From Leucoraja erinacea (taxonomy: Eukaryota), in contig NC_073401.1 of assembly GCF_028641065.1 (NCBI RefSeq), forward strand, positions 20,398,001 to 20,462,000: 64,000 nt of DNA, given 5' to 3'. The position numbers were made by a program, and so were the translations under genes. Shown piece by piece: positions 11,860 to 24,200 of this stretch (the stretch's first letter is position 1; the number at the start of each line of letters is the position of its first letter). The notes under the pieces were generated by a model. That model had not been told where the DNA came from. It saw nothing but the letters and a program-made list of their open reading frames with translations, and searched no databases.

Positions 11860-13155
11860 GTACTGTTAAATTTGGTTCTAATTCCACCTATAAGTTTGCA
11901 GATGACTGTACGGTGGTGGCGTGAATCACATACAATGACTAGAGTACAGGAAGGAGATAAATAATTTAGTGACATGGTGTCAGAACAACATCTTCCTCAA
12001 CGTCTGCAAGGCCAAGGAGCTTGTTATTGGCTTAAGGAAGCGTGGTGGAGTACATGCCTCAATCAGCATCAAAGGCGAGCAAATGAAAATGATTTAGTGA
12101 GCTTCAAGCTCCTTGGAATAAATATTACCAATGATCTGTCGTTGATCAACCACATTGATGCAACAGCCAGGAATGGATTCCTCCTTTTAGAGGAGACTGA
12201 GGAAATTTGGCATCTTTCCAGTGACTCGCATGAACTTCTGCAGATGCACCATAGAAAGCATACTGTCGGGATGCATCACAGCTTGGTTTGGGAATAGCTC
12301 TGCCCAAGAACAGAAGAAATTGCAGAGTTGTGGATGGAGCCCAGTCCATCACACAGACCAGACTTCCCACCATTGACTCCATTAACACTACACGCTGACT
12401 CGGAAAAGCAGCCAACTTAATAAAAGACGTGTTCCACCCCAGTCATTCCTTCTCATATTCCTCCCATCCAGCGGAATGTAAAGAAGCTTGAAACCGTGCA
12501 CCGCCAGACTCAGGAACAGCTTCTTTCCCTTTGTTACCTGGCTACTAAACAGCCCTTCCATAACATGGGGTCTTGGTTGAGTCACCTGCTGAGGCCATAT
12601 TTGAGTAATGTGTTCAGTTTTGATCACCCTATTACAGGAAGAATGTTGTTAAGCTGGATAGAGTGCAGAGAAATTTCGCAAGGACACACCCAAGACTTGA
12701 AGGCAATAGCTATTTGGAAGGCTCTGCAGAGAGTAGTGCGTTCGGCCTAACGCACTATGGGAACTACACTTGCCTCCCCTGCAGGACCTATACAACAGGA
12801 AGTGCAGATCCAGAGCCAGCAACATTATGGGGGACCCCTGCCACCCCAGCAACGGACTGTTCCAGCTGCTATGGTCAGGCAAACACCTCCGCTGTCATGC
12901 TGTGAAAACAGAGAGGATGAGACGGAGTTTCTTCCCACAGGCCATCAGGTCTGTAAACTCTTATCTCACCAGAGACTAATTTACTGTACTAATTTACTGT
13001 TGTTTTGTGTCTTTAAAAAAAAATGTCTTTTCTAACATGTAAATACTGATTCTGTTCTATTCCGTTCTGTAGTTTTTGCACAATCCGCAGGTATTGCCAC
13101 TTTCATTTCGCTGCACATTTTGTATGTGTATGTGACAAATACAGTTGACTTGACT
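11860..13155 (+). mobile_element. Cluster of degenerate L2/Rex1-Babar-like LINE fragments
   Basis: Remnants of KFADD, SFKLLGINITNDL and GDPCHPSNGLFQLLWSGKHLR. Confidence 0.75.
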
Positions 13156-13749
13156 TGGAGAGGTTAGGTAGGCTCAAATTCCTTTGAACGCAAAGGGCTG
13201 AGAAGTGATCCTACAGAGGTGTATGGAATCAGGAGGGGAATAGATTGGGGGGGAAAGCACAAAGATTTGTAAACTATTTTTTCCAAGAACCAGAGACCAT
13301 GTAATGAGGGACACGAGGGGCAATTTTTTTCACACAGACGCTGGTGGGTATGTGGAACAAGCTGCCTGAGGAGGTAGATGAGGCAATTACTATAACAATA
13401 TTTAAAAGACATTTGGGCAGGTGCATGGTCAGGATATCCTTAGAGGAATATGGGCCAAATGGCAGGCAGGAGGGATGAGTTAGATGGGGCTGCTAGGGTC
13501 TGAGGCATTGGGCCGAAGGGCCAGTTTGCTTTTATGTCACTCATGACCAAAGTCATTGGGAGAATGGTTTCCTAACACAGGAAGAAAAGTTCCACCTGTC
13601 AGACAGAGAGAGGCAATTCCAGCAATGATGACACAAGGATCAATGACTACAAAGAAAAGTGGGTTACTGGTGAATGATTCAAACATTTACAATCCCCAAG
13701 TAACAACTGTGCCATTACCAGTATAAAATGCTGGAAGTGTTTGAAGTCA

Positions 13750-15960
13750 GTGAAGCACTTTGTGTCCTCTCACGAGTTCTTCCAGGTATATGGCGCTGGG
13801 GATCTGCACCTCCTGGTGTGACACGAATTGGCTGGAGCGGATAGTCAAAGACGGGAATAAAATGGATCTGTGAAAGCAGCGTTCCCTCTATGTAACGGGG
13901 AAAAATGTGGTCATCAGGTGTAAGGTGCTCTCGGGGCTGCTGTACTTGGTGCAAGTGTGGCCCATCCCCTGCTCCTCTGCCACAGCGATCACCCAGTTCA
14001 TCTAGGGGTCAAACATGGACCGGGTCCAATGGGTCACAATGCAGACAGCGGGGGCAAAAGCATGCCCAACATTTCCCTCATCTCGATGGCCACCTTTGTG
14101 CGTGGCTGCATCAGGCTATGCATAGACCAAAAGACGTGGGCACTAGGTGTCACTGCCTGGGATTCTACCTGTCCTCAGTGTTGCGAAGGATGCGCCTGGT
14201 GCAGATGCCATGCAATGTGCCAGTCAGCTGGACATTGCCACAATAGTGTTGTGAGGTGTTGCATTTTGGGACGTATAACAAGGGCAGGACCTACACAGTA
14301 AATGGAAGGCCTCTGGGGAGTGCTGCAGTGCAGAGGGATCTAGGAGTGCAGGTGCATGATTCTTTAAAGGTCGAGTCGCAGGTAGATAAGGTGGTGAAAA
14401 AGGCTTTTGGCACATTGGCCTTCATCAGTCAGAGTATTGAGTATAGAAGTTGGGAGGTCATGTTGCAGTTGTATAAGACGTTGGTGAGACCGTATTTAGA
14501 ATATTGTGTTCAGTTCTGGCCGCCATGTTATAGGAAAGATATGGTCATGCTTGGTTCAGAAAGGATTTACGAGGATGTTACCAGGCATAGAGAGTGTGAG
14601 CTATAGGGAGAGGTTGAGTAGGCTGGGTCCCTATTTCTTGGAGCGCAGGAGGACGAGGTGTGATCTTATAAAGGTGTACAATATCATGAGAGGAATAGAT
14701 CGGGTAGATGCACAGTCTCTTGCCCAGAGGAGGGGATTCGAGGACCAGAAGACATAGGTTCAAGGTAAAGGGGAAAAGATTGAATAGGAATCCGAGGGGT
14801 AACACAAAGGATGGCAGGTGTATGGAACAAGCTGCCATCGGAGGTAGTTGAGGCTGGGACTATCCCATTGTTTAAGAAACAGTTAGACAGGTACATGGAT
14901 AGGACAGGTCTGGAGGGATTTGGACCAAGCGCAGGCTGGTGGGACTAGTGTAACTGGGACATGTTGGCCAATGTGGGTAAGTTGGGCCTGTTTCCACACT
15001 GTATCACTCTATGACTATCTGGCCTTTGTGGAAAGGTTCTTCCGGACCAACACCTTTGGCCACGTCCATCAGGCAGTGGTCCTGCTGGACTCCATGGATC
15101 CTGTGGTGTGGTTCCCTGAGCAGACTGCCCAGCTTGTCTTGTATTCGCTGGAGTTTAGAAGGATGAGGAGGGATCTTATATAAACATATAAAATTATAAA
15201 AGGACTGGACAAGCTCGATGCAGGAAAAATGTTCCCAATGTTGGGCGAGTCCAGAACCAAGGGCCACAGTCTTAGAATAAAGGGGAGGTCATTTAAGACT
15301 GAGGTGAGAAAAAACTTTTTCACCCAGAGAGTTGTGAATTTATGGAATTCCCTGCCACAGAGGGCAGTGGTGGCCAAGTCACTGGATGGATTTAAGAGAG
15401 TTAGATAGAGGTCTAGGGGCTAGTGGAGTCAAGGGATATGGGGAGAAGGTAGGCACGGGTTATTGATAGGGGACGATCAGCCATGATCACAATGAATGGC
15501 GGTGCTAGCTCAAAGGGCTGAATGGCCTCCTCCTGCACCTATTTTCTAGGTTTCTAAATGTCTCATCACCAAAACTCACCACCAAGCACCAAGATCTCGG
15601 TTGGCTGGTGGTGAGAGGAGCCCTCCTAGTCAGATCCTTCCTGCACCATCGGAACCTCACTACCAGCGCACGCTGCCCTCGGGACGGCTGCTATGGAGAG
15701 GAGACCGTTGACCACCTATTCAAGACTCCCTTGAATAGACTCCCTGTCTCGGTTTATGCTGAACAAATCCGTAACAGAGGACTTTCTGATTTACGGACTG
15801 TTCCCAGGGACACATTCGGAGACGAATGTCAAGTGCTGCTGGAAGGTAATAAACTCAGTGAAAGACGTTCTTTGGTCAGCCCAAACCTTGTTGATCTCTC
15901 AGCATATGTCCGTAAGGGATTGTTGCCGACTGGCCCGCTCCAGACTTCCACTTCATGACA
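13750..15960. mobile_element. Nested L1/Tx1-like fragments interrupted by CR1 LINE 3' fragments (CR1 at ~14240-15015 and ~15135-15560, + strand)
   Basis: CR1 peptides RDLGVQVHDSLK and [17 protein letters not shown]; Tx1 zf-RVT-like peptide RGALLVRSFLHHRNLTTSARCPRDGCYGEETVDHL. Confidence 0.75.
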
Positions 15961-16679
15961 TTGGGGGGCCAATGTATGGTTGAGACGCCCCTCAAACAAG
16001 GGCAGGAATATAACCCCAGGGGGCCACATGAGTGGCAAAGTTGCCGAGTAAAATTACCGAGGGAATAGGCAGGGTAGACAGTTAGAACCTTTTTCCCAGG
16101 ATGAAAATATCAAATACTAGAAGGCATAGCCTTTTGGTCAGGGGGCATTGTTTAAAGGAGATGTGCAGGCAAGTTTGTTTTTTTACACAAAAGATGGTGA
16201 GTGCCTGACACGTGCTGCCGGGGTGGTGGTGGAAGCAGAAAGGACAGTGGCTTGTAATACACTTTTGGATTGGCAAATGGATTATACAGGGAATGGAGGG
16301 ATATGGATCATGTGCAGGCAGATTAGGACATCACATCTGGCACAGTCCTGGTGGTCTGTTCCTCTGGTGTACTGTCATTTGTTGTATGATTAGAAGGGTG
16401 GTGAGGAAAATCATTCTCCTGCTGGAGTGGTGGGGGGTGTGGTCGTCTATTTTTGGGAGGCGAGTGATGGCTGAAACGGCGCCCACATTTAGATAGTGCC
16501 TGGGCGTGGGCCAGAGGGGCTGTGACCACCGGACCCCAGACCCAGCGTGGGAGGGTGGGATTAGGCTGGAGCACTGTTCCTTGATAGGCTTGGATAGACA
16601 CAGCAGACGAACGGCCTTGCACGTTCCTTACATTCTCCGACACATTGGATGATCCACACTACCCTGGTCCCTGTTCTAT

Positions 16680-18614
16680 TTATACTTTACCCGCAGTCCC
16701 CGCCCGCTGGCACAAGAATTCGCGGATATTCCTGATGATCCTATCGATGTCTGACAAACCCAGGTTCCTGCTGGCTTGCATCAGGTTTTTCAGGCCCATC
16801 CTCGGGTTGCTGCAATAAGCCACCTCCAAGGTCTTAAGACTGATATTTTGAAGGGCAAGTTTGTCTGCAACCAGGCGGGAAATCACTTTGCACTTGATGA
16901 GAGTCTGCAGGGATATGTGACATTCCAACTGGGACAGAGTGAATTGGCTGTCTTCTGCCTGCTGCAGACTAGGCTGCAGAACCACATACAGTCTCCGCAG
17001 GGTATGCTCATTGCAAACCTCCAGCTCGCCAACCAAGATGCTCACTAAATGCTTCAGCTGGTAGTTCTTGACCATCGACTTGGGGACAATTTTCTCGGCC
17101 AACCACAGGATGTCCAAGAATCCGGAAATACACTGGGCAAATTGATTCTTCATGGACAGTCTCTCCCAAACTCTGCAAAGAGTTGGAGAGTCACAGTTCC
17201 AGATGCCATATCCGGCCAACACAGGCATCTCCAGCTGCTGCAGGAAGTGGAGGAAAGAGTCCATGACATACTGGAGGCTGCAGGCTGGCAGACATTCCCC
17301 ATGGAGGTACAGTACCCCATCCACAACCCTAAAGCCACGGGCAGTGGCCACATCGGCCAAGTTAGGGTTGCAGGGCATGATGTAATCGTTAAAGACCTTC
17401 TCGCCACTCACTGCTGCTAGGTGCACAATGTCATCGTCTCCTACCAAAAATAAAACATGGTCAGAACCTGCTGGGCACATCTGGATTCACATCTGGAGTC
17501 ATCATTGTGCATTGGTGATACAGGGAGCAACTGAAAGGATGGCTGTGCAGTAGGATGCTCTCTGTACTGGGAATGTGGATGGAATTTTAGTTCAGACACA
17601 TGTAAAGTGGTGCATTGGAGAAGTGATGCATCAGGGAAGGGTACACACAGTGAATGACAGAGTCCTGGACAGTATACCTTGGAGTACAACTACATGGTGC
17701 CCTGAAAGCGGAGACACAAAGTTGACAAACAGGTGAAGCAGGTCTGTGGCACGCTTGTGTTCATTGGCTGGGGCAATGAGCACAAGAGTTAGTAAATCAT
17801 GTTACAGCTGAACGAGATGTTGGCATGGCCACACCTGGAATATTGTGCACATTTCTGGTCTTCAAACAATTGGAAATACGTGATAAAGCTAAAGAGGGTG
17901 CAGAGAAAATTCACAAGAACTTTGCCAAGACTGGAGGATTTAAATTCTAAAGAGAGACTGGATAGGCTGGGACAGACAGACAGTCTGAAAAAAGGTCTCT
18001 ACCCAAAACGTTACCTATTCCTTTTCCCCCAGAGATGCTGCCTGACCAGCTGAGTTACCTCAGCATTTTATGTCTGGATGGGCTGGGATATTTTCAAGTG
18101 AAGGAGGCTGAGGGATGATCTTAGAGGATCATAGATAAGCTAGATTGTCACCATTTTTCCCCCAGGATAGGTGTGTTTCAAAATAGAGAACATGCGTTTA
18201 AAGTGAGAAAGGATTGAAAGGATGACCCTCTGCGGCAGGTATTTCCAAAAGGGGGGGGGGGGGGGGGGGGGGGTATAATGAGCTGTAAGAGGAAGTGGTA
18301 GAGGCGAGTACAATTAGAATATTTAAGACCTTTGACCAGTTACACAAATAGGAAAGGTTCAGAGGGAAATGGGCTTGAGGGAAGTAGACTCAAGAAGACA
18401 CCTGGGTTAGCCGTGGACAAGTTGGGCCAAAAGGCCTTTTTCCATGCTCCATGACTGAATCCGTTGCACCAGCCTTGGTGTTTCATCCTGCAATGTTGAA
18501 GGGGTTTCACTCGGTGTGAGCTGTGCTGTAATGTACAGGGAGTAATAGATGGCTATGATGGGGGGGGGGGAAAGATAACTTTGCCACAGGGGGGGGGGGG
18601 GGGGGGAGAGGGGA

Positions 18615-18646
<32 letters not shown>

Positions 18647-21170
18647 AGAAAGATGACCCCCCCCCAGGGAGAGAGCCCCCCCCCCCCCCCCCCCACAGAT
18701 GGAGTTTACCAGAGTGATCCCATCCCCGTCCCCCTCCTGGAGAGGGAGCAGACAGAGTGACCTTCTGCCAGAGAGAGGGCAGGGGGAGCAGCCCACAAGA
18801 ATGATGTTGCATAGATCAGCAGGGCAGTAGACTTCCATTCCCTGCAGGTGTCAGAGGTCCTGGGCCAAGATGGGGGTATGGAGGGAGCAGTGGGTGATAC
18901 CAGCTGTGCTGCATATGGGTGGAGGAGGCAGATGAAAGTTCTCAACTATAAACTCACCCACATCGGTGGTCTTGATCTGGAAGAAGACCACAGGATGGCC
19001 TCGCAGCTTCTGACACTGCCACATTCCCGACGAACCCTCCTGAAACAAATCCCCGTTCATCCAACCAGAACCGTTGTTTGCTCTGTGGTCAGTTGGATCT
19101 TTGCTGCTCTCGGGGTGCACCAGCACGGCGGCAGTCTCAGAGGAGTCCACAACCTGACCGAGAAACACAGCACACTGTCACACCTTGTAACCCTTGTACA
19201 GTGATCCTCAACACGCTGGGACAGCAGAGAACCCCCAAATCCCAGGACAGCAGTGAACCCCAAAACCCTTGGACACCAGTGGATCCCAAAACCCCTATAC
19301 ATCAGTGAACACTGAAACCCTGGGACAGGGTTTTTCATGTAAAACCCTAGTGTTTATATCATGGAGTACACAATAGTGCACTTCTTTATGCATTATATGG
19401 AGCAGACTCTATTTTTAGCCAGAATGACTGTAGAAAGTATACATGTTCATTATACAGTACGCACCGTGTGCCCAATACATTGCTGCAGTTACATGATTTC
19501 GCAACTTGTCTTTAAAAAGAAGGAAATCCTCACCATGATGCCATCATCCTCGCTGTCATCGGACGAGAGCATTATTGACTCCTCTGTGAAGAAATAATTG
19601 TTCATTTTTAGCTGTGGTCTCCTTTTTTAAACTTCTCTGAATATATTTAACAGTAAATAAATTCCAGTCCTTAAAGCTGAAATGGGTCCAGGGCTCCCAA
19701 AGGAACATCAACTGTTAAATCACCCCCGATTCCTATTTACAATTGGAAGTAACTGCACATGAGACTCCTGTTACCACAGTATATACTGGCATTTGTCCAA
19801 GTGAGTTGTTACATCCATGCAGTGGTTTGAGAAGGGTCTCGACCCGAAACCTCACCCATTCCTCCTATCCAGAGATGCTGCTTATCCCGCTGAGTTACTC
19901 CAGCATTTTATATCTATCAGCAGTTTACATCATTTTAATTGGGAGAACACACTGCAATGTTATTAATGTGAATTATTTGGCCAGGTTACCTCAGAACAAA
20001 TGAGGAGATCAAGTGTATGACTCTATGAATGTGGGCAGGTGGGACTTGTGTAGATGGGGCAAGGGCAAGTTGAGCCGAAGGGCCTGTTTCAATGACCCGT
20101 TTCTGTTGTCCTCACAATATTTCATGGTTAATTGCATTTCTGTAGCCCAGGTTATTGGGTGACCTAACATCGTAGGCATTTTCAGCCTGGAAGATGCATC
20201 AGGGGTATAGGGGGTGGTGTGATATGATGGGACAAGTGGCACTCCCTCACGCAAGCTGGTGCTTCAAATTGGAAGCACTGTTGGAGAAATTACCTTCCTA
20301 GGTTTTAAAGAATTTTAACACTCACACAGAGACCGACACATCAACCCAGCACGTCCATGATGACCATCAATCACCCATCCCACTTCTCAGCACTTGGTGA
20401 TAGAAAACCATGATCTTTGTAGTCTTTTTAAAGGCCCCTGGATTTTCAGCCCTGACGGTTTCACTAGAACTGTGAAATGCCCAAATCCTGGTAATGGAGT
20501 GAAGTGGGTTGTCAGGGTCTTTGAAAAGAGGGTTAGGATCTTCTCGATATCTGTTGCCTACACATCATTAAGCAACATGAACCTGGGGAATGAGTTGAGT
20601 TGAGGGAGGATCATGCTGCTATGTGGAGGTGATTCAAAGGGGAGCGAGGGTCCTGTGTACGGTGCTCTCTTCGGCCTGGACTCACCAATGTCAGCTTGGT
20701 CCACAGCAACCCAGAGACTGAGAACAGTTGGGATGAGTTGCACCGGGAACATCCAGAGAAGGAAGGTCAGCGATGACCGTCAACATGAAGAGGTAACCAG
20801 AGTGGGGGGATGAGATCGCAACAGGCCGGGGGTGGAGTGGGAGATCAGCTGAAGTGGGGGGAGTGAGGTTGATCAGGTGGGGGAGAGGTCGGGGGGAGGT
20901 CGCCAGAGGGGGTCGCAGGGGGGGGGGGGGGGGGGGGGGCCAGGGGGGGGTGAGAGGTCGCCAGAGGTGGGGTGAGAGGTCGCTAGAGGTGGGAGGGGAA
21001 GAGGTTTTTGAAGAGACCTCCTGTGAAGATGAAAGATAAAGACAGCAAGGTTCGGGAATCTTGGATAACAAGAGATGTTGGAAGTGTAGTCAAATATAAA
21101 AGGAAGCATCTGTAAGGTTTAGGAAGTTGAAATTGGATAACTTGAGGAATTTTACCAGGGGGGGGGGGGG

Positions 21171-21223
<53 letters not shown>

Positions 21224-24200
21224 TGTGTGTCCCTCTGCCCTGGATGTCCTTACAGAACCTAATGGTATACTTCTTAACCTTGCACTGTGACCCTGCATAG
21301 AACGGACTGGAAATGTTCAATGTTGTTACACTGCAACTAGCAAGGTGGCATCCTGACCTGCCGCAGGTTGCTGCCATTCATCGCCTGTGTCACTGGAAAT
21401 ATTGAGGATGCCGTTCTCTGTCGTAGTTGACGAGGGGAGCTGGGGCGGTGTGTTGCTCACACTATAGCTGTGTTCACTGGACTGGTGCTGTGACTGGCTA
21501 TCTGGTGCACTTTTATCTTCCATTGAAAGAGAACTTTCAACTTGTACTTTTCCGGAAGCTTCCTGGGTAAAACAAAAAGGACAGTTGAGCATTTGGCAGA
21601 ACTTCTGGCCTTCCAAGCCCATTTTGGCCAGTTACCTCCCCCCCCCCCCACTCCACCAAAACGACACAAATACATCAATCCCAAAGATGATCAGATGAGT
21701 TATTTGATACATTCCAGCAATATCACCATATTGAGGGAGTGCAGGCAATCTGCTAAAATGCTTGTTTCTATAACATGGATTTGACACAACCCAAGTGATG
21801 AATTAAGGAACATTATTTTTATTAGATATACACAAAGTGCTGGAGTAATTTAGCAAGTCTTCTTCAGAGTCAAGACTTCCATCTGAAGAAGGGTCCCAGA
21901 CCAAAATGTCACCCATCTTTTTTCTCCAGAGATGCTGCCTGACCCTCTGAGTGACTCCAGCACTTTGTATCTACCTTCAGTATATAGCAGCATCTGCAGT
22001 TGCTTTCTACACATTACTTCCATTACACAGGCCAAATTGGTAATTTTGATAGAGAATGGAGGATTACTTGAAAGTTATCTTAACTAGCACAAAAAATAAC
22101 TGCCTTGCAAAAGTAAACAGTCTAGAGGAAAACAAAAATCTTCCGGCAATAATCAGACACCATTGTCTCCACAGTCTGTCACACCACAGGCAGTCATAGA
22201 CATTGCACAAGTGTCAATAGAAGCGATTGCTTGTCAATATGATTCTATTAAACAATGTAGCATTCCACTTCTTGTATTTTTACAGTCGGCATCCACTGTC
22301 GGCTCCATTGCGGCAGGAGAGATGGTGGGCACTTGCAGTGAATTTAGAAACAGCTCACGAGATCACAGTTTCCAATCCCAATTTACCTGTGGAGACTCTT
22401 CATTTTCTGGATCTTTCGCTTCCTCTCTCCGCTCCTCCTCATTTTCTGGGTTTTTCACTTCCTCTCCATGTTCTGTGATCAACAAAAAACTCTTAGACCC
22501 GAGGGCTCAGCAGAAACGAGCATTACATTTCCAAAATGCTGCCAGCTGCCCCCCATTCAGTAGAGTGAAGCATAGGTTCAAGGTGAAGGGGAAAAGATTT
22601 AATAGGAATCCGAGAGGTAATGTTTTCACACAGGGGGTGGTGGGTATGTGGAACAAACTGCCAGAGGAGGTAGTTGAGGATGGGACTATCCCATCGTTTA
22701 AGAAACAGTTGGACAGGTACATGGATAGGACAGGTTTAGAGGGTCATGGACCAAGCACAGGCAAGTGGGACTAGGGTAGCTGGGACATTGTTGGCCGGTG
22801 TGTGCTAGTTGGGTTGAAGGGCTTGTTTCCACACTGTATGACTCTACCCCGCACCTGGCATCATCCAGCAGCCACACCCAGCTGGGCCAGCTCCCCCTCC
22901 CACCACACCCAGCTGGGCCAGCTCCCCCTCCTACCAAACCCAGGGTTTCCCACATAATTATTTACCTCTTTTGAGGGGGAAAGTACCGAGTAGGTTCTTT
23001 ACTTCCAGAGGGCATTCCCTGAATTCCATCGAGGTGACCTCCTTGCTCGAGTCGAAGGGCATTGCCTGCCCCATGGCCATCAGGCCTGATCTAATCGGTT
23101 CTATCATATCTTTCATCTCGTTATTTGTGCCAAGCCTCAGTATAAAGTCGGCCAGCTTGTGGCCAGCTTCCATCCTGTGCAACATTTGCTCTGTTTGTCT
23201 CAGCCTGTTGGCCAGTCTGCTTAGTTCCAGCTTGCATATATCCTCCAATTCCCTCTTCAAGCTGCATCCCTGACCAATGATTTCTTGCTCGATGACAAAA
23301 GCCTGATGTTTCACTGCAGCTTCAATTTCATTTCTTCTCAAGTTCATGCTTTCTTCCAGGGTCATCAGTTCTGAGTGACTGTCCGCAAATCTACTGTACG
23401 TTTGCTGTGTCGCGTCCACCATTTGTTTCAACGCTTCGCCCTCCTGCCGAACCTCCTGCTTAATGTCGTGATAAAGGTGACCTTGGGGGGTGTGGTGAAG
23501 CAGCAGGCAGTTGCAGCAGGCGCTGGTAGAACACGTCTTGCAGAAAAAGCTGAAAATAAATCAGGAAAAGACAGATCAAGATGGTGAGATGGAGATGCAA
23601 CCACAACAATCAGCGGCAAGAAGGTTAAAGAGATACGGCATGCTACCGAATTCTCGAACAAACCTCTACAGATGTTCTGTCGAAGGTATCCCGACCGGTT
23701 GCACCATGGCCTACATGGCAATTCCAAAGGAACACAACATGCTGCAAAGAATAGTGGATTCAGCCTGATCCATCACAAGTATAACACTCTCCTCCATCGA
23801 AAGCATCTACACCTGGCACTGCAACATCTATCATCAAGGACCCCCACCATCTGAGTTATGCCTTCTTCTCACTGTTATCGTTGGGTAGCAGGTGCAGAAG
23901 CCCAAAGACCCACATGACCAAATTCCAGAACAACTACTTCCCTACAGCCATCATGTTATTGAACACAACTGCACAATCCTCATTCTACCTCGGCAATGGG
24001 ACACGACAGACCACTTCTTGCACCGCCGTGCATTTGTTTTCTGATTGTGTTTTGCATTCATATATATTTTTAAGTCTTTTTTTAAAAACTGTCATATAAT
24101 TTATGTGTATTTTCTGTTTTTGTATGTTGTCAGAATTGATGCTACTCCCATCTTCTGATTCCAGGGAAAACACTTGAACTCCAAGGGAATACAACTTGCA

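Noticed and set aside
22163-22774. 203-aa plus-strand ORF
   Set aside because: It is the antisense of a PML-like exon fused to a CR1 3' fragment.
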